Below, one piece after another: positions 1-11,035 of a stretch of 64,000 nucleotides of DNA. The stretch's first letter is position 1; the number at the start of each line of letters is the position of its first letter. The DNA is taken from NCBI GenBank assembly GCA_963734545.1, contig CAVTHO010000006.1:352001-416000 (forward strand), written 5' to 3'. Source of the DNA: an uncultured Spirochaetota bacterium (GTDB taxonomy: Bacteria; Spirochaetota; Spirochaetia; SZUA-6; Fen-1364). The notes under the pieces were generated by a model. It did no database searches. It was not told the DNA's origin and was given only the letters and a program-made list of their open reading frames with translations. Position numbers and translations under genes: made by a program.

Positions 1-7
1 CGATGAA

Positions 8-307
8 ATGCCCGGCGCGCGGTCTTTGGAGGATCTTCCCTCAAGCGCGTGCAGGATCGAGCTCTGGGTACATGAGCCGAGCAAGGTGCTCGCGCGGGCG
101 GTCCTGGACTCCGCACTCGTTGCGCCGGAGGGGGACGCCGCAGCCATCCACGTGGTGCAGGCGTTCGCCGCCTTCGACAACGCCATTCGAATCGAGTCGC
201 CGAGCTCAGTCCTGCAGATGAAGCAGGGATTGTGGAGTCGATTCCGCTCCCTGCCGAGGGGCATCATGGAAAGGTTGAGTCAGTGGACAGCTTCCTGGGG
301 AGCCTGA
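8..307 (+). CDS. Hypothetical protein, probably the 3' end of a gene starting before the window
   Basis: Open frame from the window edge to TGA at 305-307. No recognisable motif. Confidence 0.4.
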   Translation: MPGARSLEDLPSSACRIELWVHEPSKVLARAVLDSALVAPEGDAAAIHVVQAFAAFDNAIRIESPSSVLQMKQGLWSRFRSLPRGIMERLSQWTASWGA

Positions 308-420
308 GAGTTGAAAGTTGACCGGCCTACCCAACCGCTGTACCCTACATCGTGAGCTCCGGTCACCGGCGCTGTCTGGATCGTCACCCAAAAACCACCA
401 GGAATCGTGAGGCCTGAGGA

Positions 421-3373
421 ATGCCTCGAACGCGCGGCCCGGCCACAGCTGGCGTGTTCGTGGGGAGAGCGGCCGAGATAGGCTTTCTCCGCCGCACATG
501 GAAGCACACCGTTTCGGGAAACGGAGGAGTCGTTGCCGTCAGCGGTGAGCCTGGAATCGGCAAGACACGCCTTCTGGATTTCATGGCCGAAGCGCTCGGA
601 ACGAGACCGCTGGTCCTCAAGGGCGGCTACATGGACGAGAAGGAGGCTCCTCCGTTCCTCGGCTGGCAGGAAGTGGTGCGCTCCCTCCTCGCCGGCCTTT
701 CTCCCCGAAAGCTTCATGGACTCCTTGTTGACGATGCTGCCGCGATCCGCGAGCTGGTCGGGGGCTCGCTGAAGACCGCCGGGCGGCGGAGCAGTCCCAC
801 GCCGCCGAGCGCACCTACTCCACAATTCCGGCGCTACAGGGCGGTTGCTGATGTGCTCGCGCGCGCCTCTGTTCATCGGCCCGTGCTGCTCATCCTGGAC
901 GACCTTCAGTGGGCGGATGCGCCGTCGCTTGCGCTGCTCCGATTCCTCGCACGCGAGCTTCGGCAGTCGCGTATCCTTATCCTGACGGCCTACCGCGAGC
1001 GCGGGCTCGGGCAGGAGCATCCGCTTCGCCGTGCCCTCGGTGAGCTCGCCCGCTTGCCGTTCTGCCACCGCCTTGTCCTGGGGGGATTCTCGCCCGCGGA
1101 GGTGGGGAAGTACCTGCGCGCCGCCTCGGGCAGCGCGCCGTCAGCACGCATTGTAGCCGCGCTCATGAAAAAGACGGCGGGCAATCCATTCTTTGTTTCA
1201 GAGCTCGCGAGGATGCTCCGGGGGAAGCCGGCAGGAGACGCTGCCCTTCCCCTGCCGCCGAAAGCGCAGGACCTGATCAGGTTGTGGATTGACGGGCTGT
1301 CGCGGCGCGCCAGGCACACGCTTGTGGTGGCCGCAATCCTGGGCCAGGCGTTCGCCCTCGATTCCCTGCGGGCCTGCCTCGACGCAACTCAGAGACTCGT
1401 TGTCGCCGACCTCAGCGAGGCAGCGGCCATGGGGCTCCTGGTCGAAGAGCAGGGACACCGCAGGGGTTGGAGATTCGTGCACGACCTTGTGCGCGAGAAC
1501 CTGCTGTCCGGGTTGACCTCGTCTGAACGAGCGGAGCTCCATGCCCGAGCAGCGGACCGATTGCAGGCGTTCTACAAGGGCGGGGCGGCCGAGCATGCGC
1601 TGGAGCTCGCCGGTCATCTCCGACGCGCGGCGAGCATCAGGGGCGTGCACGAATACGTCCGTTACGTCCTGATTGCAGGAGAGAAAGCATTGACGCTGCG
1701 CGGGTACGAGTCCGCGGAAGAGATCTACGCCCGGGCACTTTCGACTCTTCCGGATTCGCGATCTGAAGAGGAAAGCGCGGAGCTTCTCTTCGGACTTGGC
1801 CGCGCCAGGGCCGCGCTGAACAAGCCGGAGGAAGCCATGGAGGCTCTGAGCGCGGCGTTCGAGCGGTTTGTAAACGCGGGCCGTGTCGAGCGGGCAATAG
1901 AGGCAGCGGAGCATCCCTTCCTGGTGTCATTTCGAAAACCCGGGGAAGCACTGTTGTGCCGCCGCGCACTCTCCCTGGCTCCTGCCGGATCGCTGAATGC
2001 CCGGCAAGCTCCAGGGCCAGCTCGGCCTCGCCCTCGCCCAGGAGGAGCGCAATTATCCGGAGGCGAGGATTGCCCAGGCGGCAGCGCTTCGGCTTGCCCG
2101 TCGTCATGCCGACAGGCTCCTGGAGATGCAGTCACTCCTGCTTGGCGCGTTCATAGACCGGGAGGAGTTTTTCCTTCCGCGCAGCCTCGCCCAGAGCGTA
2201 AAGGCTCTCTCACTCGCCGCCCGCGTGCCGGATCCCGTTCGAATCACGGTTGGCCACCACCTTGCGCAGGAAGCCCTGCTCGCCGCGGGGGAGTTTGAGG
2301 AGGGACGCCGCCATGCCGACCAATCCCTTCGCTCGGCGGAGACGGTCCGTGACCGCGTCTGGCTCGGGCTCGCCTATGACTCCTCCCAGCGCTACCAGGC
2401 GGCGCGAGGGAACGCAGAAGCTGCTCGCCGTCTGAGCGATCTGGGTCTGCAGCTCGAGCCGTCCAATCCATTTCACCTTGCGCTCCGGATACGCCTGGAG
2501 CTGGATTGGGGGACACCGGGCGCATGGGAAAGCCTTCTGCGCACATTCCTCGAAGGGCTGAAGCGAAAGACGACTGGGCTCCTCCGAAGCCAGCAGCTGC
2601 AGCTTGCCTCTCTTGCCGTGGTGCTCCCCCTGGTGTACGCGAGGTCCGGGGACGAAAGACTGCTGGACACGGCCGAGGCGGCGGCGCGGCAGGTACTCTC
2701 GTTCCCCCTCGCGACTCCCGAGTGGAGGCTGCGCGCCGTGAGCTGCGCCGGACTCGCGGCCGCGGCCCGGAAAGACGCGGCTTCCTCCGGTGAGTGGTAT
2801 CGGCGGCTGGCGGGCCTCACCTACCGCGAGTCAGCGCCGATCCTCGTCTTCTGCCGCGGCAGCCTGACCTTTCTCCAGTGGCAGCTAGGAACAATGGCGC
2901 GCGCCGCCGGCCTGCAGGACAAGGCTGTCCAGCACTTCCGGTCAGCGTTGACGGATGCACTCCGCGCGCCGCACGAGCCGGAAGCGGCGAGGGTCCGTCA
3001 CGACCTGGCGAGCATCCTCATCGAGATTGGGGGGGCAGGGGGCAGCGAGGAGGCTGCCGGGCTCCTGAAGGAATCGATCGAATCAGCCCGTCGCCTCGGC
3101 CTGGATCACCTCGGCGCCTCTTCAGCCGCGATGCTGGAGGCGACCGACCGAAGGTCCGGCGCGGTGGTGGCCCTGACGAAGCGGGAAACCGATGTGCTGC
3201 GTCTCGTTGCAAAAGGCCGGACCAACAAGGAAATCGCGGCGGAGCTTTTTATCGCCGAACGAACCGCGGGGAATCACGTCGGCAACATCTTGTTGAAGAT
3301 CGGGTGCGGAAACCGCGTGGAAGCCGCGGCGTACGCGCACCAGAATGGCCTGGTTCCGCGGGTCGGGAATTGA
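421..3373 (+). CDS. STAND-type AAA ATPase / TPR / LuxR-HTH transcriptional regulator (one frameshift near 1995)
   Basis: FVGR..E, Walker A GEPGIGKT, Walker B LLILDDLQWAD, GNPFF and FVHDLVRE in 421..2298. LuxR HTH LTKRETDVLRLVAKGRTNKEIAAELFIAERT at the end of 1997..3373. Confidence 0.9.
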
Positions 3374-3392
3374 GCGCACTCCTGGAGCGGCT

Positions 3393-4133
3393 TCAGCGCG
3401 GCTGCATGTGACCGCACGCCGGGCAGTCCGGGTCGCGCGGTATCTCCAGCTCTTCGAAGCTCATCTGAAGACCGTCGAACGCCAGGAGCGTCCCCTTGAG
3501 CAGCCTCCCGAGGCCGGCGAGCAGCTTGATTGCCTCGACGGCCTGGAGCAGGCCGATCACGCCCGGGGTCACGCCGATGACCGGCGTGATCCCGGAAGTC
3601 ACGCGTCCGCGATACAGGCACATCAGGCACGGTGTCACACCGGGCACGATCGTCATCACCTGGCCAAAGAAGCCGAGGGCCGCGCCGTGCACAATGGGCA
3701 CACCCAGGGCGATTGCCGCCCGGTTGACCGCATACCGGGTCGGAAGATTGTCCAGGGCATCGATGATTGCATCGCATCCCTTGATGAGCGCAGGCAGGCT
3801 TCCCTCATCCATTCGCACGAAATGAGGCTCGACCTTGACGTCCCTGTTCAGCTCCCCGATCCTCCGCGCCATTGCCTCGACCTTGGGGCTGCCGATGTCG
3901 CGATCGGAATACACGACCTGCCGGTTCAGGTTGCTGAGCTCGACCACTCCCTCATCGACGATGCGCAACCGCCCCACTCCTGCCGCTGCGAGATACACGG
4001 ACACGCTGCATCCCAGGCCGCCCGCGCCCGCGACGAGCACGGCGGCTCTCGCGAGCCTCTCCTGTTGCGGCTCCCCGAAGCCGTCCATGCGCAGTTGCCG
4101 CGCGTATCGTTCCTTCTCAGATTCGCTCAGCAT
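3393..4133 (-). CDS. moeB: MoeB/ThiF family sulfur-carrier adenylyltransferase
   Basis: ERYARQ, GAGGLG, VELSNLNRQ, DALDN, CxxC motifs (CLMC, CPAC). Start set at MLSESEKERY. Confidence 0.9.
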   Translation of the reverse strand: MLSESEKERYARQLRMDGFGEPQQERLARAAVLVAGAGGLGCSVSVYLAAAGVGRLRIVDEGVVELSNLNRQVVYSDRDIGSPKVEAMARRIGELNRDVKVEPHFVRMDEGSLPALIKGCDAIIDALDNLPTRYAVNRAAIALGVPIVHGAALGFFGQVMTIVPGVTPCLMCLYRGRVTSGITPVIGVTPGVIGLLQAVEAIKLLAGLGRLLKGTLLAFDGLQMSFEELEIPRDPDCPACGHMQPR

Positions 4134-4190
4134 GACGCACCATCCTCGCATCACTGGCGCGGCCCGCGCAAGGTCTGGTAGAATGGGACC

Positions 4191-4428
4191 ATGGCCGTCA
4201 GCAGCGTCGAGGTGCGTCTCTACGCTTCCCTCCGGAAGTGGCGTCCGAGCTCCCTCAGGTTCGTATGAGCTCGCTGGCAGCATGACCGTGAGTGACCTGG
4301 TGAGGCAGAACGGCATCCCGGAAAGCGAGATCGCGATCGTTTTCATCAACGGGAAACGCGGACAGCTTGCATCGACGCTCGCCACCGGGGACACGGTGAG
4401 CCTGTTCCCGCTCATCGGGGGCGGATAG
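4191..4428 (+). CDS. MoaD/ThiS family sulfur carrier (one frameshift near 4250)
   Basis: MAVSSVEVRLYASLRKW in one frame, then ..IVFINGK..LATGDTVSLFPLIGGG* with C-terminal GG in another. Divergent from moeB. Confidence 0.85.
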
Positions 4429-4432
4429 CGTC

Positions 4433-5557
4433 ATGAAACCGCCGTTCGACGCCGGGAAGCTCGACCGGCTTATGGAGGAAGCCGGCCTCTCCCTGGTGCT
4501 TGCGCATACCCGGCACAACGTGCGGTACCTGTCGGGCGGGTACTACTACCATTTCCACGCCAACTTCACGCGCATGGGAAGAAGCCAGTACCTCCCATTC
4601 GTCGGGATCCCGAGGGGACGGATACAGGAGGCGTTCTATGTGGCTCGGGATGAGGAGCGCGGCCAGCTCGAGACCGAATCTCCCTGGTTTCCCACGCGCA
4701 TCGAGGCGGTCAGAGGCACGGTGACCGCGGCCGAAGGCGCCGTAAAAGGCCTGCGGCAGCTCGGCCTGACCCTGGCCGGATCGGAGTGGAGACCCCGTTC
4801 CTTCCCGCGGACGCCTGGCTCGCCCTGCGCGCCGAGCTCCCTCGGGTGGAGCTCGTCGATGCCACTCCCCTCCTGAACGAGCTGCGGGCCGTGAAGAGCG
4901 AAGCGGAGCTCGAGACAATGAGAAAGGCGTATGCCGGCGTCGCCGAGTCGATACAGGCCGCCTTTCGGAGCAGCGGTCCGGGCGACACGACACGGAAGAT
5001 CGCGCAGCGCGTCGAGCGGGAGATCGCCTCGCGGGACCTCTCCTTCCTGTTCGCGTTCGTGTGCGCCGGCCCGAGCTTCCTGCGTGCCCCGTCATCTGCC
5101 ACGTGGGATTCCGGACAGATCCTGCACATCGACGCGGGCGGCTCGCTGCAGGACTATATCGGCGATATCTGCCGCATGGGCTGCGCCGGGAAACCCGCGC
5201 CGCTGGCGAACGAGCTGTACGAGGCATGCATCGCCGTGCAGAACGAATGTGCGCGGCATGATCCGGGCAGGGGTGCCCTGTCGGGACGTCCTGGCGGCCG
5301 GAGAGCGCGCGTCGCGCGCATACGGCTTCTCCCGGTATGCGCGATTCGTCGTGCATTCGATCGGCATGGTTTCCTATGAGCAGCCCGAGTTCACTCCCGA
5401 CAATCCGCGGCCGCTGGAAGAGGGCATGGTGCTGTCGGTCGAGACTGATTTCCTCCACCCCGAGGTCGGGCACGTGAAGATAGAGGATGCCGTCGTGGTC
5501 CACGAATCAGGCTGCGAAGGCCTCGGGGATATCGGCAGGGAGTGGCAGATTGTCTGA
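4433..5557 (+). CDS. M24 (Xaa-Pro peptidase/creatinase fold) hydrolase, two frameshifts
   Basis: Creatinase_N-like HNVRYLSG, LRAVKSEAE, metal ligands IDAG..YIGDICR, HSIG, SVET and KIED spread over three overlapping ORFs. Confidence 0.85.
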
Positions 5558-5624
5558 CTGGGCGCTGCCAGGCAACCCATAACTCCAACCAGGCCCCGAA
5601 AATAGCCGCTATTTCCTTTTTTTC

Positions 5625-5687
5625 TTGACAGCGCTCTTCTAGCGGCCATATAATGCCGTAATATTACCGATATATCGCAAATATATC
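5625..5687 (+). promoter_or_regulatory. Sigma70-type promoter and probable GntR operator(s)
   Basis: TTGACA 5625-5630, 18 nt, TATAAT 5649-5654. Downstream palindromes GTAATATTAC 5658-5667 and CGATATATCG 5668-5677, plus repeated ATATATC 5681-5687. Confidence 0.75.
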
Positions 5688-5713
5688 AGAGCGTATGGAG
5701 GGTTCGCCAGACG

Positions 5714-6403
5714 ATGAGTGAACAGGGCATTGCTCAGGTCGAGGCTCCAGCAAACAATAAAAAGAGCAGGATCTACGAGCTTTTGAAGGAGCGCATCGTC
5801 AAGAATGAGCTGAAGCCCCAGGAATACCTGAACGAGCAGGTTATCGCCAGGGATCTTGGCGTCAGCAAGACTCCGGTCAGGGAGGCGCTCCAGAAACTGG
5901 AGCATGAGCGGCTGGTCGTCATCATCCCGAACAAGGGGACATTCGTCGCCAACGTCAGCATCGACAGGATCCGCGAAGTCTTCGAGATCAGGGAGATCCT
6001 CGAATGCGCCGCTGCGCGACTGGCGGCAAAGCTCCCCGCGAGGGAGCAGTTCGTTTCGATCCTCGACAGCCACCCCTCGTTCACGATCAGTGACGGAGCA
6101 GAGCTGCGCGAGCAGTTCCTGTCCGGATACCAGATTCACACCCGCATCGTCGAGGCCGCGGAGAACAGTTACCTCACGGATTACTACGAGAACATCCTCG
6201 CGCACATCGTCCAGGTGCGCGTCTTTTTCATCCGCCGGTTTGGGATGAGGCGCCTGCATGAGACCGTCGAAGAGCACCGCGTGATACTCAAGGCGATCGT
6301 CGATGGTGACGCGGAGAAGGCGGAGACAGCGATGCGCGACCATCTCAAGCGGTCCCTGGTGAACATCAACCAGCTCATGCTGGGAAGCGGGGGAGAGATA
6401 TGA
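5714..6403 (+). CDS. GntR/FadR (FCD) family transcriptional regulator
   Basis: wHTH LGVSKTPVREAL and FCD-type EHRVILKAI..GD..AE.AMRDHL. GGAGG RBS upstream. Confidence 0.95.
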   Translation: MSEQGIAQVEAPANNKKSRIYELLKERIVKNELKPQEYLNEQVIARDLGVSKTPVREALQKLEHERLVVIIPNKGTFVANVSIDRIREVFEIREILECAAARLAAKLPAREQFVSILDSHPSFTISDGAELREQFLSGYQIHTRIVEAAENSYLTDYYENILAHIVQVRVFFIRRFGMRRLHETVEEHRVILKAIVDGDAEKAETAMRDHLKRSLVNINQLMLGSGGEI

Positions 6404-7071
6404 TCCACGTTCGCAGGGAGACGCGCCGGCCCGACGCCGCGATCATCGAGGCTTTCCGCGAGCTGGCTGTTGCGACCGTCTATGAGGCTTCCGGTCGGAA
6501 AGGCTACATCGGGAACGCGGTCAGGCCGATCGCACCGGGAACCCGTATCTGCGGCCCGGCCTACACGGTCCAGTGCGCGCCGGGGGACAACCTGATGCTG
6601 CACAAGGCCCTGCAGCGCGCCGCGCCGGGTGACGTCCTTGTCGCGGCCGCCGGCGGGGCGTACGAGTTCGGCTATTGGGGAGCCCTGATGGCGTCCGCGG
6701 CGGTCGCGCGGAAGCTCGGCGGCCTGGCCATCGACGCATGCGTGCGCGACTCGGCCGAGATCCGGGACATGGGCTTCCCCTTGTTCTGCCGGGGGTTCTG
6801 CATCCGCGGGACCACGAAGGCCGTCCTGGGACTGATCAACTACCCGCTGAACTTCAGCCAGGCCACGATCTTCCCGGGCGATCTCGTGCTCGGTGACGAT
6901 GACGGCATGGTGGTCGTGCGGCTGGATGACTGCAAGGAGGTGCTGGAGAGCTCCTTGAAGAGGGTCAGCGCCGAGGAATCGAAGGTGAAGCAGCTGAAGG
7001 CCGGCGTATCGAGCGTCGAGCTGAACAGCCTCGACAAGGTGTTCGAGTCTCTCGGGCTCGGCGAGGAGTAA
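6400..7071 (+). CDS. RraA family HMG/CHA aldolase (4-carboxy-4-hydroxy-2-oxoadipate aldolase-like)
   Basis: ATVYEA, GPAYTV, GDNLMLH, YWGALM, IDACVRD, PGDLVLGDDDG. ATGA overlap with gntR. Confidence 0.9.
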   Translation: MIHVRRETRRPDAAIIEAFRELAVATVYEASGRKGYIGNAVRPIAPGTRICGPAYTVQCAPGDNLMLHKALQRAAPGDVLVAAAGGAYEFGYWGALMASAAVARKLGGLAIDACVRDSAEIRDMGFPLFCRGFCIRGTTKAVLGLINYPLNFSQATIFPGDLVLGDDDGMVVVRLDDCKEVLESSLKRVSAEESKVKQLKAGVSSVELNSLDKVFESLGLGEE

Positions 7072-7078
7072 GAACCGC

Positions 7079-8126
7079 ATGAGGGTGAGCGAGAAAGCGC
7101 TCCTGGACTCCACGCAGGAGATACTCGTCCGGCTGGGCGAGGATCAGGCGAACGCAGTGCTCGCTGCCGCGGCCCTCGTCGGTGCCGATATGCGGGGCGT
7201 CACCACGCACGGCGTGAACCTGCTGCGCCTGGTGTCACAGCGGGTGGAGGCGGGCATGCTCGCTCTTCCCACGCGCATTGAAACGCTGAAGGAGGATGCC
7301 GCCACCGCGATCCTGGACGGGAACAATGGGCTCGGGCAGGTTGCGGCATGCCGGGGCATCGGCCCTGAGCGCGGCGAAGGCGAAGCAGGCCGGCCTGGGC
7401 ATGGTGGTGGTGCGCAACACCAACAACCTGGGAGCCCTCGGCTACTACACCGCGCAGGCCGCTTCCCGAGACGGGGTCGTCGCAATCCTCATGACAAACG
7501 GGAACCCCTCCGTGGCGCCCTTCGGCAGCGCGGATCCGTTTTTCGGGACCAACCCTGTGTCCATCGCCATTCCCTCGGCAGGAGGCCGCCCCCTCGTGCT
7601 GGACATGTCGTCGAGCGTCGTGGCCCGGGGAAAGATCCGCGTCGCCGCCACCAGCGGTGAGAACATTCCATTGGGGTGGGCCTGCGACGAGAACGGCGAG
7701 CCCACGACAGATCCGAAGCGCGCGCTGAAAGGCTCCCTGCTCCCACTCGGCGGACCCAAGGGCTCGGGTCTCGCCATGATGATCGACATCCTCTCCGGGG
7801 TGCTCTCCGGCTCTTCGTATGGCCGCGGGCTGAAGAGCTTCCATGAGCTGGACGGGCCGACCGGCGTGGGGACCTGCGTCATCGCCATCGATATCGGCCG
7901 GTTCGTGGATCCGGGCGTCTTTGCGGAGACGATCGGAGCATACGTGCAGGACATCAAGGGACTGAGAAGGCGGTCCGGAATCGAAGAGATCCTTGTGCCC
8001 GGCGAGGTGGAGAGCCTCAAGGAAGAGGAGAACCGGCGCCTGGGGATCGAAGTTCCCGAACCGGTCGCGAAGAGCATGAACGAAATCCTCGCGAAGCTCG
8101 GCGCACGAGCGAGGATCGGCTCATGA
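7079..8126 (+). CDS. Ldh_2 family (malate/sulfolactate/ureidoglycolate-type) 2-hydroxyacid oxidoreductase, one frameshift near 7355
   Basis: ADMRGVTTHG, DGNNGLGQV, FGTNP, LDMSSS, GGPKGSGL, PGE motifs. Confidence 0.9.
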
Positions 8127-9858
8127 ACACGGTCATCCGCGTGAACACGCGCAGCCGGCAAGGTCACTTCGCACCCCGTCACCGCCGAGGAGACGAGGTG
8201 GGGCGGAAGGTCCTTCATCGCGCACCTGCTCCTGCGCGAGGTGCCGCCGACCTGCGAGCCCACCGGCCGGCACAACAAGCTCATCGTGGCTTCAGGGCTG
8301 CTCGCGGACACCGGCGTTACAACCACCGGACAGCTTTCCATTGGAGGGAAGAGCCCGCTCACCGGCGGAGTAAAAGAGTGCAACACCGGCGGCGCCGCGG
8401 GAAAGCGGCTTGCCCGGCTGGGCATCCGCGCCGTGGTGATCGAGGATACCCCGGCGGCACCGGCCACGGACGTCGTGGTGATCAGCGCGCGCGGATCGCA
8501 CCTGGAGCCCTTCCCCGAGCTGAAGGGGAAGCTCGTCGACGAGACGGTGGCGGCGCTGCGCGCGAAGTACGGCCGGACCGTCGGCATCCTCTGTATCGGC
8601 CCTGCCGGTGAGCTGATGATGTACGGCGCAGGGATCGCCTCTCCCGACAGTGACAGCGTGCAGATCAGGTACGCCGGCCGCGGCGGCCTGGGCGCGTTGA
8701 TGGGATCCAAAGGGGTCAAGGCCATCGTCGTCGATGACACGGACTCCACCTATCGGGCGGAGCCGCACGATCCCGAGCTGCTCACGCGCACATCCAGGTG
8801 GATGAATGACGCGCTCAAGGCTGATCCGAAAACCGAGAACCGTCACCTCTACGGCACGGATGCGATCCTCGCCCTGGCAAACGCCTCTGGCCTGCTGCCG
8901 ACGAGGAACTTCTCCAGCGGGAGCTTCGAAAAGGCGGACGATATCGCGGGCGAGCGGCTTCGCGCGGAGATCCTGGCGCGCGGCGGGGAGGGCAGGGCAG
9001 GCACCTCGTGCGTGCCTGGCTGCGTGATCCAGTGCTGCAACGTCTTTCCCGACAAGAGCGGACGGAAGACCGTCGCATCCATCCAGTACGAGAATATCTC
9101 CCTGCTCGGCTCCAACTGCGGCATCGGGAGCCTCGACGACATCGCCGAGATGAACCATCTCTGCAACCAGGTCGGTGTGGACGCCATCGAGACGGGCGCG
9201 GCAATCGGCGTGGCCATGGAAGCGGGGATCCTCCCGTTCGGGGACGCCGAGGCGGCCAAGGACCTGATCCGCCAGATCGGCAGCGGCACGTATCTCGGCC
9301 GCATTCTCGGGCACGGCGCGCTGCTCGCCGGCCGCGTGCTCGGCGTGCGCCGGATTCCCGTGATCAAGGGACAGGCCATTCCCGGCTACGATCCGCGGGC
9401 GCTCAAGGGAAACGGCGTCACCTACGTCACCTCCCCCATGGGCGCCGACCACACGGCGGGCAACGCGTTCGAGACGCTGAAGACCCTGGACCCGCTGAAG
9501 CCGGCCGGGCAGGTGGCGGCCTCCCGGAGACTTCAGGTCCGGGCAGCCTTGCTGGACACGCCTCGGGCTCTGTCTTTTCGTGCGGCCGCCGTTCGTCAAG
9601 AAGCCCGAGATGTTCGCCAACCTGCTCAACGGCCGGTATGGCTGGGACATGACGGTGCACGACGTGCTCTCCCTCGCCCACGAGGTGATCATGACCGAGC
9701 GTGAGTTCAACCGGCGCGCGGGCGCATCCGAGGAGTTCCACCCGATGCCGGAGTTCATGCAGGACGAGCCGTTGCCGCCGAACGACGTCGTCTTCGATGT
9801 GCCCATGGCGGAGATGCAGGCCCTGTGGGAAGGATACGCGCCCACGGACGAGTTCTAG
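8123..9858 (+). CDS. Aldehyde:ferredoxin oxidoreductase (W/Mo-pterin AOR family), two frameshifts
   Basis: KSPLTGGVKE, IGPAGE, AGRGGLGALMGSKGVKAI, CxxGCxxxC, DAIETG, GYDPR, GADH, EREFNRRAG. Confidence 0.92.
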
Positions 9859-9876
9859 GAGCGCGAAGGAGAAGGC

Positions 9877-10630
9877 ATGGAGCTTGAGGGGAACGTGGCG
9901 ATCGTGACGGGCGCGGGCAACGGGATTGGAGAGGCAATCGCCCGGAAGCTGTTCGCCGAGGGCGCCCGGGTGGCGCTGTGGGACATGAACTTCGAATCAG
10001 TCCAGAAGCTGGCAGCGCTGCTGGATCCGAAGGGAGACAAGGCGGCAGCCTTCAAGGTGAACGTGACCGTGGAAGCGGAAGTTCAGACCGGCGTGCGGCG
10101 AGACGGTAGAGCGGTTCGGCCGCATCGACATCCTGGTCAACAACGCCGGCATCTCCCGGCACAAGCACCATCGAGGAGATGAGCGTCGAGCTTTTCGAGC
10201 AGCGTGATCGCGGTGAACCTGACCGGGCCCTTCATCTGCTGCAAGGCCGTGGCGCCCGTGATGAAGAAGCAGAAGGGCGGGAAGATCGTCAACATCGCGT
10301 CACTCGGCGAGGCAGGACCGGGCGGCCCGGGCGTGGGCGTGAACTATGCGGCCTCGAAGGCGGGGCTGATCGGCATGACAAAGTGCCTGGCGCGCGAAGC
10401 TGGGCCGGAGCAACATCTACGTGAACGCCATCTGCCCCGGCCCCATCCTCACCGAGCAGACGAAGCAGTATTCGAAGGAAGTGTTCGCGTCGTGGAACGC
10501 GGGACGCGCGGTGCCGAAGGACGGGCTGCCCGAGGACGTGGCGGACGCGGTGGTCTACCTTTCCTCGCGGAGGGCGGACTGGGTGACAGGGGTCAGCCTC
10601 GACGTGAACGGCGGCATCTACATCAACTAG
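9877..10630 (+). CDS. Short-chain dehydrogenase/reductase (several frameshifts)
   Basis: TGAGNGIG, DILVNNAG (shifted frame), YAASK, VNAICPG, LDVNGG. Confidence 0.88.
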
Positions 10631-10642
10631 GACGGAGGAGCC

Positions 10643-11010
10643 ATGGCGAAGGTGAAGGTGGTCGACATCAAGAACGTGACCGGGGAGCGGAAGGGCCCCC
10701 GCCGCGCACCTCCTGGATCCTGGTCTCGGAGAAGACGGTGGGGTCGAAGAACCTCGCCATGGGCGTGAACGAGACCGACCCGGGCAGCATGGTGCCGGAG
10801 CACAAGCACGACACCGAGGAGGAGGTGATGTTCTTCATCTCCGGCAAGGGGAAGTTCGTCACCGAGGACGAGGAGATCCCCCTCGGCCCGGGCATCTGCG
10901 TCTACAACCCTCCCGGGGGGAAGCACAAGATCGTGAACACCGGCACCGAGGTGCTGAAGTTCGTGTGGATCTACGCGCCGCAGCTGCCGTCGCACCGCGT
11001 GCAGCAGTGA
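10643..11010 (+). CDS. Monocupin domain protein (one frameshift near 10700)
   Basis: GGAGG RBS then MAKVKVVDIKNV. Cupin metal motif HxH..EE and PPGGKH. Confidence 0.85.
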
Positions 11011-11035
11011 CAGCGGGAAAAAGGAGAGTGAGGTC

